Shown piece by piece: positions 47,469 to 55,197 of a stretch of DNA of 64,000 nt. Source of the stretch: Verrucomicrobiota bacterium (lineage in GTDB: Bacteria; Verrucomicrobiota; Verrucomicrobiia; Chthoniobacterales; UBA10450); assembly GCA_039649045.1 (NCBI GenBank), contig JBBWZL010000010.1, forward strand, positions 17,811-81,810, given 5' to 3'. The notes under the pieces are model-generated. The model saw nothing but the letters and a program-made list of their open reading frames with translations, was not told the DNA's origin and ran no database searches. The translations under genes were made by a program, and so were the position numbers. Every line of letters begins with the position of its first letter. The first letter of the stretch is position 1.

Positions 47469-48461
47469 ATGACACAGAAACAGTGTGAGATCGTGGTGGG
47501 CGGGGCCGGCGGTTTTATCGGCGGACACCTCGTGGCCGATCTGCGCAAGGCGGGCGCAGAAGCTATTCGCGCCGTGGATATCAAGCCCGCCTCGGAATGG
47601 TATCAGCGCTTCGATGACGTGGAGAACCTCACTCTGGATCTACAGGACCGCGCCGCGTGTGAAAGCGCGTTGGAGGGCGGCGCGCGGGAAGTTTACAATC
47701 TTGCCGCCGACATGGGCGGCATGGGTTTCATCGAGCACAACAAAGCGCTCTGCATGCTCTCGGTCCTGATCAACACGCATCTGCTCATGGCGGCGCGGGC
47801 GGCGAAGGTGGAAAAATTCTTTTTCGCCAGCAGCGCCTGCGTTTATGCGGCCGATAAACAAACTTCCCCGGACGTGACCGCGCTCAAGGAAGAAGACGCC
47901 TATCCCGCCATGCCGGAAGACGGCTACGGGTGGGAGAAGCTTTTCAGCGAGCGGATGTGCCGGCATTACACGGAGGATTTTGGCCTAACGACTTGTGTCG
48001 CGCGTTATCACAACGTCTATGGACCGCATGGCACCTACGACGGCGGACGCGAGAAAGCGCCGGCCGCGATCTGTCGCAAAGTCATCGCGGCGAAGCTGAG
48101 CGGCCGCCATGAAATCGAGATTTGGGGAGACGGTCAGCAGACCCGGAGCTTCATGTACATCGACGATTGCCTCAAAGGAACGCGCCTGATGATGGACCGC
48201 GCCATTCCCGGCCCGCTCAACGTCGGCAGCAACGAGCTGGTCACGATCGATCGCCTGGTCGACCTCGCGGAAGAGATCGCCGGCGTGAAACTAAAGCGCA
48301 ATTACAACCTGCAAGCGCCCAAAGGGGTCAACGGCCGGAACAGCGACAATGCCCGAATCCGCGAGGTCATGGATTGGGAGCCGTCCATTAGTTTGCGTGA
48401 TGGTTTGGAAAAAACCTACCGCTGGATTCACGATCAAATGACTGTCAGCAAAGCGCTCTGA
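47469..48461 (+). CDS. NAD-dependent epimerase, GDP-mannose 3,5-epimerase-like
   Basis: GGAGFIGGHL Rossmann motif. Strong resemblance to the GME pattern: ADMGGMGFI..., FFFASSACVY, YGWEKL, ARYHNVYGPHGTYDGGREKAPAAICRK, IWGDGQQTRSFMYIDDC. Confidence 0.7.
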   Translation: MTQKQCEIVVGGAGGFIGGHLVADLRKAGAEAIRAVDIKPASEWYQRFDDVENLTLDLQDRAACESALEGGAREVYNLAADMGGMGFIEHNKALCMLSVLINTHLLMAARAAKVEKFFFASSACVYAADKQTSPDVTALKEEDAYPAMPEDGYGWEKLFSERMCRHYTEDFGLTTCVARYHNVYGPHGTYDGGREKAPAAICRKVIAAKLSGRHEIEIWGDGQQTRSFMYIDDCLKGTRLMMDRAIPGPLNVGSNELVTIDRLVDLAEEIAGVKLKRNYNLQAPKGVNGRNSDNARIREVMDWEPSISLRDGLEKTYRWIHDQMTVSKAL

Positions 48462-48496
48462 AACGTGCGCTCCATTTGGGCCACCTCATTCTTGCC

Positions 48497-49270
48497 ATGT
48501 CATCCGGAGTTGCGGCGGGTTCGTCCGAAAGATTTCAGCAGATCCTCGGCATCCGCTTCTTCGATGGCACTCCGGCGGGGGCGGTCGCTTATCTCAAGCG
48601 CGTTGGCGGATACGTGGTTGTGCCCGCGGCGCCAGCGCTGGTGAAACTGCGTTACGATGAAGCTTTTCGCGCGGCGCTTGTGCAATCCGATCTCGCAATT
48701 GCCGACAGCGGATTGATGGTCTTACTCTGGAAACTTTTTGAACGCCGGCGCATTTCCCGCATCTCCGGGCTCGCTTACTTGAAGCGCCTTCTGGAGCTGC
48801 GGGAAATCCACGAGGCTGGAAAAGCCTTTTGGATTCTTCCCGCGGCATCCGCCGCCGAGAGCGCAAAGAAATGGCTCCGCGATGCGGGATTCGGCGTGTC
48901 GGACGAAGACTTTTACATCGCGCCTTTTTACGGAGCGGAGGTGAGCGACGAAGTTCTGGCTGCGGCCATCAATGCCCGGCGGCCCACCGACGTCATCATT
49001 GCCATTGGCGGCGGGCCGCAGGAAAAACTGGGATTATTCCTCCGAGACCATCTCGGATATCGCCCGGCCATCCATTGCATCGGGGCCGCGCTCGGTTTTC
49101 TGACGGGCGACCAGATCGCGATCCCGGATTGGGCCGACCGGCTTTACCTCGGCTGGCTCTTTCGCCTTTTCGCGCAACCGCGCGTGTTCATCCCGCGGCT
49201 CTGGAGTGCGCACGAGCTCCCATGGCTTATTTTCAAGTATCGTGAAAAACTGCCCCCCCTGAAAAACTGA
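48497..49270 (+). CDS. WecG/TagA/CpsF-family (GT26) glycosyltransferase
   Basis: ILGIRFFDGT..AVAYL...GGYVVVPAAPALV.. and ..VIIAIGGGPQEKL patterns. ATG 48497 preferred over TTG 48476. The stop codon lies inside the octamer array. Confidence 0.65.
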   Translation: MSSGVAAGSSERFQQILGIRFFDGTPAGAVAYLKRVGGYVVVPAAPALVKLRYDEAFRAALVQSDLAIADSGLMVLLWKLFERRRISRISGLAYLKRLLELREIHEAGKAFWILPAASAAESAKKWLRDAGFGVSDEDFYIAPFYGAEVSDEVLAAAINARRPTDVIIAIGGGPQEKLGLFLRDHLGYRPAIHCIGAALGFLTGDQIAIPDWADRLYLGWLFRLFAQPRVFIPRLWSAHELPWLIFKYREKLPPLKN

Positions 49271-49692
49271 AAAACTGAAATGCTGAAAGACTAAAAAATG
49301 CGCCTCCCAGAAGCGTTTCGAGAACGAACGAAAAAATATGCTTCAGCGATCATTCGGTTGTATGCGCAATTGCCGAGGACCCGGAAGGAAGTGGAAGTGT
49401 TGGGACATCAACTTCTTCGGTCTGGTACCTCAGTCGCAGCGCTCACCCGCGAAGCATCACGAGCTCGATCTGATGCTGAGTTCTGTTCCAAGATCGACGG
49501 AGCATTGCAGGAAGCGGATGAATCTCAGCTATGGATTGAACTTCTGCGGGAGGACTGCGGCATCGACGGCGCGCCTATCGAACACCTGCATCGGGAAACA
49601 AGCGAACTAATTGCGATCCTGGTAACAATGGCAAACAAGACAAAGCGCACTCTTAGATAATTTCAGCTTTTCAGTATTTTCGCGTTTCAGCC
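49259..49692 (+). mobile_element. IVS-like cassette: four-helix-bundle gene bracketed by inverted octamer arms (49259-49297 and 49661-49692)
   Basis: Left arm (CTGAAAAA x2, CTGAAATG, CTGAAAGA, CTAAAAAA). Right arm (TTTCAGCT, TTTCAGTA, TTTTCGCG, TTTCAGCC). 24/30 complementary. Sits exactly between the GT26 and carbamoyltransferase ORFs. Mobility is inference. Confidence 0.35.
49298..49660 (+). CDS. four-helix-bundle protein (23S rRNA intervening-sequence protein / Avd family)
   Basis: FRERTKKYASAIIRLYAQLP....VLGHQLLRSGTSVAALTREASRARSDAEFCSKI..ALQEADESQLWIELL matches the second common subtype of this family. Confidence 0.75.
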   Translation: MRLPEAFRERTKKYASAIIRLYAQLPRTRKEVEVLGHQLLRSGTSVAALTREASRARSDAEFCSKIDGALQEADESQLWIELLREDCGIDGAPIEHLHRETSELIAILVTMANKTKRTLR

Positions 49693-49699
49693 TTTGCCC

Positions 49700-51490
49700 A
49701 TGCTCATCCTCGGCCTCAATGCTTATCACGGCGATTCCGCGGCGTGTTTAATCAAGGATGGCCGGCTTGTCGCCGCGGCGGAGGAGGAGCGGTTTCGGCG
49801 CATCAAACATTGGGCCGGCCTGCCCACTCAGGCGATCGATTATTGCCTGCGCGAAGGCGGCGTCACGCTGCAGGACGTCGATCACATCGCGATCAATCGG
49901 AAACCTGGCGTGAACAACTGGCGGCGGCTTGCCTTTGTCCTGCGGCATCGGCCCGATCCGCGGTTGATGATGCAGAAAGTCCGCAACATTCGCAGCGCTT
50001 CATCGGTGCAGGAAGCTCTCGAGCGCGCCTACAAGGTGTCGTTAGGCGCCCAGGTCCATCACATCGAACATCATCTCGCGCATCTCGCCTCCGCCTTTCT
50101 CGTCTCGCGCTTCGACGAAGCGGCCTGCATTTCGATCGATGGCTTTGGCGACTTTGCCAGCACGGCGATGGGGAGCGGCCAGGGGAACCGGATCGCGATC
50201 GAGGAGCGCGTTTATTTTCCGCACTCGTTAGGCATCTTTTATTCGGCCCTGACCCAGTTCATCGGCTTCCCGCACTTTGGCGACGAATACAAAGTGATGG
50301 GCCTGGCGCCGCTGGGCGAACCGAAATATCTCCAGGAAATGCGCCAGCTCGTTCGGATCCAGCCGGACGGCACCTTCAAGTTGAATCTCAAATATTTCCG
50401 GCATCACACCGATAACGTTTCCTACACTTGGAACGACTGCGCCCCGGAAGTCGGCACGCTTTACACCGGGAAATTGAGCGAGCTGCTCGGATCCGAACGC
50501 GGCGAAGGCGATCCTCTCGAACAACGACACAAGGACCTGGCTCGCTCGGCCCAGGCGATGTATGAGAAAGCGTTTTTCGGTCTGCTGAACGCGCTTCATA
50601 AAAAACATCCTTCGCCGAACCTCGCGCTCGCGGGCGGGTGCGCGATGAACTCGGTCGCGAATGGCAAAGTCTATTTGCGCACCCCGTTCCGAAAAATGTA
50701 TCTGCCCGCTGCCGCGGGCGACGCCGGCGGCGCCATCGGCGCAGCGGCGGTTGTGCAAGCACAACTCGCGGAGGTCAGACGTCAGAAGTCAGAGGTCAGC
50801 CAGAGGCGCATCGCCTTGGACGATGCTTATAGCGGTCCGCAGTTCTCCGACGAGGAAATCCATCAACTGCTGCGAGATCGCGGCGTTGTCTCATCTGACC
50901 TCCGATCTCCGACCTCCGACCTCTCGGTCGAACACATGACCGATAGCAACGAACTTTGTCGCCGCACCGCAGCCGCCATCGCAGATGGCAAAGTCGTCGG
51001 TTGGTTTCAAGGACGGATGGAGTGGGGGCCTCGCGCTCTCGGGAACCGCTCGATCCTGTGCGATCCGCGGCGTTGGGACATGAAGGAAATTCTGAATCTC
51101 AAGATCAAGCGCCGCGAATCGTTCCGTCCGTTCGCGCCTTCGATTTTGCGCGAAGCTGTCGCCGAATGGTTCGAGCAGGACGATGACGTGCCCTTCATGA
51201 TGGAAGTCTTCCAAGTTCGCCCGATAAAACGCGCTTTCATTCCGGCGGTCACGCACGTCGATGGCTCCGGCCGGCTCCAAACCGTGCATCGCGAAACCAA
51301 TCCGCTTTATCACCATCTGATCTCCGACTTCTATTCGCTGACCTCGGTCCCGATGGTGTTGAACACCTCCTTCAACGAAAACGAACCGGTCGTTTGCCGC
51401 CCCGAAGAAGCGCTCGATTGTTTTCTGCGCACGAAAATGGATCTGCTCGTCATGGGCAATTTCCTGATCACCCGTTCGAACGCTCTCTAA
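49700..51490 (+). CDS. carbamoyltransferase (NodU/CmcH family)
   Basis: MLILGLNAYHGDSAACL.., EERFRRIKH, GWFQGRMEWGPRALGNRSIL.DPR, VTHVDGSGRLQTV. ATG 49700 preferred over TTG 49694. Two in-frame heptamer arrays at 50768-50802 and 50891-50925. Confidence 0.85.
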   Translation: MLILGLNAYHGDSAACLIKDGRLVAAAEEERFRRIKHWAGLPTQAIDYCLREGGVTLQDVDHIAINRKPGVNNWRRLAFVLRHRPDPRLMMQKVRNIRSASSVQEALERAYKVSLGAQVHHIEHHLAHLASAFLVSRFDEAACISIDGFGDFASTAMGSGQGNRIAIEERVYFPHSLGIFYSALTQFIGFPHFGDEYKVMGLAPLGEPKYLQEMRQLVRIQPDGTFKLNLKYFRHHTDNVSYTWNDCAPEVGTLYTGKLSELLGSERGEGDPLEQRHKDLARSAQAMYEKAFFGLLNALHKKHPSPNLALAGGCAMNSVANGKVYLRTPFRKMYLPAAAGDAGGAIGAAAVVQAQLAEVRRQKSEVSQRRIALDDAYSGPQFSDEEIHQLLRDRGVVSSDLRSPTSDLSVEHMTDSNELCRRTAAAIADGKVVGWFQGRMEWGPRALGNRSILCDPRRWDMKEILNLKIKRRESFRPFAPSILREAVAEWFEQDDDVPFMMEVFQVRPIKRAFIPAVTHVDGSGRLQTVHRETNPLYHHLISDFYSLTSVPMVLNTSFNENEPVVCRPEEALDCFLRTKMDLLVMGNFLITRSNAL

Positions 51491-52158
51491 TGATTGAGCC
51501 TCTCTGTTACGGAGCCGTTAATCAGCAAATTGCCTCGCGGGTACCTGCCGGTGCGCAACGGATTCTGGATATCGGATGCGGCACGGGGACGCTTGGGCGG
51601 GAGCTTAAAAAGCGACGCCAACGAGAAATTATTGGAGTGACGCATTCGGAAGAGGAAGCAGTTTTGGCTTCCGAATATTTGGACGACGTTCTCGTTTGCG
51701 ATTTGAATCGCCCTGCTTTGGATTCCCTCGGGCTTTTCGATTGCATTATCTGTAGCCACGTCCTTGAGCACCTCTCCAATCCTTCCGAGCTGCTCATACA
51801 ATTAAAGCAACATCTCTTGCCTGATGGCATTCTCCTGGTCGCATTGCCCAACATTCTTTTTTGGAAACAACGATTCGAGTTCATGCGCGGCCGTTTTCGC
51901 TATACATCCGGAGGGCTCATGGATTCGACCCATTTTCGATTTTTTGATTGGGAGAGCGCATGTAACCTGATCGAAGCCGCCGGGTACAAACTGGTAGAGC
52001 GCGCGGCCGAGGGAAGTTTTCCCATGCCCTTTTTGCGCCGATTAGTGCCTCGCTTTGCGGGAAGGATGGACGAAATGGCCTGCTCGTTCCTGCCAGGGCT
52101 TTTCGGCTGGCAATTTGTTTTTGTGGCGATGAAACCTGAAGCACCTGGGCATTCCTGA
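51490..52158 (+). CDS. class I SAM-dependent methyltransferase
   Basis: ILDIGCGTGTLGREL motif. ATG overlaps the upstream TAA (TAATG). Confidence 0.75.
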   Translation: MIEPLCYGAVNQQIASRVPAGAQRILDIGCGTGTLGRELKKRRQREIIGVTHSEEEAVLASEYLDDVLVCDLNRPALDSLGLFDCIICSHVLEHLSNPSELLIQLKQHLLPDGILLVALPNILFWKQRFEFMRGRFRYTSGGLMDSTHFRFFDWESACNLIEAAGYKLVERAAEGSFPMPFLRRLVPRFAGRMDEMACSFLPGLFGWQFVFVAMKPEAPGHS

Positions 52159-55100
52159 TGTGCGGTATCGCAGCCATTTTTGGATACGGCGTTGATGCTC
52201 CACCGGTCGATCGTGATGAGCTGATCGCCATTCGCGATCGGATGATTCGCCGCGGGCCCGATGGCGAAGGCCTCTGGATCTCGGAGGATCGCCGCGTAGG
52301 CCTGGCCCATCGACGCCTCACGATCGTAGATCTCACGGACGCGGGCCTGCAACCGATGTGGACCAGCGATCGCGCGCTCTGCGTTTCGTTCAACGGCGAA
52401 ATCTACAACTATCCTGCGCTACGCGCGCAATTATCCGAGCGTGGTTATCAGTTCAGATCGAATTGCGACACCGAAGTATTACTCCATCTCTATGCCGAGA
52501 AGGGGCCTGAGATGGTCCACGATCTTCGCGGGATGTATGCCTTCGCCATCTGGGACGTAAAGCAGCGGAGCCTGTTTTGCGCGCGCGACCCCTTCGGGAT
52601 CAAGCCGCTTTACTATGCGGACGACGTCCGAACGATTCGCATCGCCTCACAGGTCACGGCTCTCCGGGCAGGAGGGCACATCGATACGACGCCTGAGCCT
52701 GCCGGGCACGTTGGATTTTTTCTCTGGGGCTCGGTGCCGGATCCGTTCACCCTTTATCGCGGGATCAGCGCACTGCCCGCAGGCCACACGCTCACAATCC
52801 GCGAAGGGGGCACACCCGAGATTCGTTCGTATTGTTTTATCCCGGATATCTTGCGTGAAGCAGAATTAGAGATCGGAGATCAGAAGTCAGAAGTCGGTGG
52901 GGAACAACGCGAAATTCTTCACGCCGCGTTGCGCGACAGCGCCGAGCATCATCTTATGGCCGATGTGCCGGTGGGCATTTTCCTTTCCGCCGGACTCGAT
53001 TCATCCACGCTCACCGCGCTGATCAGCGAACGGCATGAGGACGTCCGCACGGTCACACTCGGCTTCAACGAATACCGCGGCGGCGAACAGGACGAGACGC
53101 TGCTGGCGGAAGTGGTCGCGCGCACTTGCAAAACCAATCACCAAACCATCTGGGTCACGCGCCGTGATTTTGAAGGAGACGCCGCCCGGCTCTTCGAGGC
53201 AATGGACCGGCCGACGATCGATGGCGTGAACACCTATTTCGTCAGCCTCGCGACCAGGCGGGCCGGACTGAAAGTGGCGATCTCCGGCCTGGGCGGCGAC
53301 GAATTATTCGGCGGTTACCCCAGTTTCCAGGATGTTCCTCGCATCGCCAACCGACTCCGCCATTTCCGCCGATTCGGAAAACTTGCGCGCGGCTTTCGCA
53401 TCGTAACGCAGGATGTGATCAAACATTTCGCTTCGCCGAAGTACGCCGGAATTTTCGAATACGGCTCGAGTTATCCCGGCGCCTATTTGTTGCGCCGCAG
53501 TCTTTTCATGCCGTGGGAACTCCCCGAATTTCTCGACCCGGAATTGGTGCGCGAAGGCTGGGCGCGCTTGAACACTTTCGGCGAGTTGGCGGGGATTTGC
53601 GATTCGCTCGATTCCGAGCGGCTCAAAGTCTCGGCGCTCGAACTTTGCTGGTATATGCGCCACCAGCTTTTGCGCGATTCCGATTGGGCCGGCATGGCCC
53701 ATTCGCTCGAAATCCGCGTGCCGCTCGTCGATGTGAAGCTGCTGCGGGAAATTGCGCCCTTGCTCGCTTCGCCGCGCCCGCCTGGAAAACGCGACATGGC
53801 GTTGTCTCCCCGCACGCCATTGCCCGAAGCGGTCCTCTCTCGTCCAAAGACCGGTTTCACCATGCCGGTGCGCGACTGGCTTTTGCAATCGTTCGATCCC
53901 CTGTCGGCCGGCGAACGTGGTCTGCGCGGTTGGGCGCGTTACGTCCATGGTGAATTCGTGCAGGACTCCGGCGCGGCCTCTACGGTCTTGCGCCGCTCGC
54001 GCGCCACGCGCGCTCGTGCCACTGGCGCGCGCAAAATTTCACGGATCCTTGTTTATCGCATCGGCCAGCTCGGCGACACCATCGTGGCGTTGCCCGCCAT
54101 GTGGGCGATAAAGGAAAATTTTCCTGACGCGGAGCTGACGCTGCTTTGCGATCAACATCCGCACACCAACTACATTCTCGCTTCCGGCCTGCTGCGAGAC
54201 GCCGGAATATTTCACGATTTCCTGGCGTATCCGGTGGAGAAACTTGGCACCAGCTCTGCGCGCCGCGCGACTGAGCTCGTGAAAAAATTGCGCGAACGGA
54301 ATTTTGATACCCTCGTCTATCTGGCCCCATCGGCTCGAGGGCCGGGGCGCGTCCGGCGCGATCGCTGGTTTTTCCGCGCGGCCGGCATCCGCACTTTTAT
54401 TGGGATGACCGGTTTCCCGCGGTTTCAGAAAAGGACCAGCGGCGCCGCGCTCGCCAGCGCCCCGCGCGAATTCGAATTATTGCTCCTGCGTCTGCGTGAA
54501 TCCGGGTTGCGTGTCTCTTTGCAAAATCCACGCTTCGACCTCGGGCTCGGCCAGCGCGAAGAAACAGACATAGCGCGCTGGCTCGAGACGCAACCTCAAC
54601 CCGACGGCCATCGTCGCTGGATTGCGGTAGGCCCGGGATCCAAAATGCCGGCGAAGCAATGGCCCCTCGAACGTTACGACCAGGTCGTGCGCGATCTGAT
54701 TGCCGGCTTCGACATCTGGCCCGTCGTTTTCGGCGGGGAAGAGGACCGCGAGATTGGCGATGGATTGATTGAGCGCTGGGGTCGCGGCTATAACGCCGCC
54801 GGCGCGCTCGGTGTTCGCGCCGCTGGCGTCGCCTTAAAACGTTGCGAGCTTTACCTCGGCAACGACACCGGCACGATGCACCTCGCTGCCGCCGCCGGCA
54901 TCCGGTGCGTTGCCGTCTTCTCGTCACGCGAGCGTCCCGGTCTGTGGTATCCTGCCGGAAGTGACAACCGCGTTTTCCGTTCCGAGATCGACTGCGAAGG
55001 ATGCGGCCTGAAGGTGTGCATCACTCGAAACATCGAATGCCTTCGCCGGATTGATTCACAATCGGTCACGGCTGCGTGCACCGAGCTGCTGGCTGGTTCG

Positions 55101-55160
55101 GCTGTGCGGGATAAGATTGCGCAATCCACTTCCACGGCGCTTAATTCTCTTGCGGTTTGA
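52158..55160 (+). CDS. asparagine synthase-family glutamine amidotransferase fused to a GT9 (heptosyltransferase-like) domain
   Basis: MCGIAAIFGY Ntn start and an AsnB-like synthetase domain (SAGLDSS). From ~aa 650, ILVYRIGQLGDTIVALPAMWAIKENFPDAELTLLCD.. and ..LYLGNDTGTMHLAAAAG match GT9. One in-frame heptamer array at 52866-52900. Confidence 0.8.
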   Translation: MCGIAAIFGYGVDAPPVDRDELIAIRDRMIRRGPDGEGLWISEDRRVGLAHRRLTIVDLTDAGLQPMWTSDRALCVSFNGEIYNYPALRAQLSERGYQFRSNCDTEVLLHLYAEKGPEMVHDLRGMYAFAIWDVKQRSLFCARDPFGIKPLYYADDVRTIRIASQVTALRAGGHIDTTPEPAGHVGFFLWGSVPDPFTLYRGISALPAGHTLTIREGGTPEIRSYCFIPDILREAELEIGDQKSEVGGEQREILHAALRDSAEHHLMADVPVGIFLSAGLDSSTLTALISERHEDVRTVTLGFNEYRGGEQDETLLAEVVARTCKTNHQTIWVTRRDFEGDAARLFEAMDRPTIDGVNTYFVSLATRRAGLKVAISGLGGDELFGGYPSFQDVPRIANRLRHFRRFGKLARGFRIVTQDVIKHFASPKYAGIFEYGSSYPGAYLLRRSLFMPWELPEFLDPELVREGWARLNTFGELAGICDSLDSERLKVSALELCWYMRHQLLRDSDWAGMAHSLEIRVPLVDVKLLREIAPLLASPRPPGKRDMALSPRTPLPEAVLSRPKTGFTMPVRDWLLQSFDPLSAGERGLRGWARYVHGEFVQDSGAASTVLRRSRATRARATGARKISRILVYRIGQLGDTIVALPAMWAIKENFPDAELTLLCDQHPHTNYILASGLLRDAGIFHDFLAYPVEKLGTSSARRATELVKKLRERNFDTLVYLAPSARGPGRVRRDRWFFRAAGIRTFIGMTGFPRFQKRTSGAALASAPREFELLLLRLRESGLRVSLQNPRFDLGLGQREETDIARWLETQPQPDGHRRWIAVGPGSKMPAKQWPLERYDQVVRDLIAGFDIWPVVFGGEEDREIGDGLIERWGRGYNAAGALGVRAAGVALKRCELYLGNDTGTMHLAAAAGIRCVAVFSSRERPGLWYPAGSDNRVFRSEIDCEGCGLKVCITRNIECLRRIDSQSVTAACTELLAGSAVRDKIAQSTSTALNSLAV

Positions 55161-55197
55161 ATATTGGCTTCCTATTTCCTCAGCCACGCCCATCCCC

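Noticed and set aside
45264-49660. Diversity-generating retroelement, because the four-helix-bundle proteins are Avd-like
   Set aside because: I could see no reverse transcriptase gene and no template/variable repeat pair with adenine-specific differences anywhere in the window.
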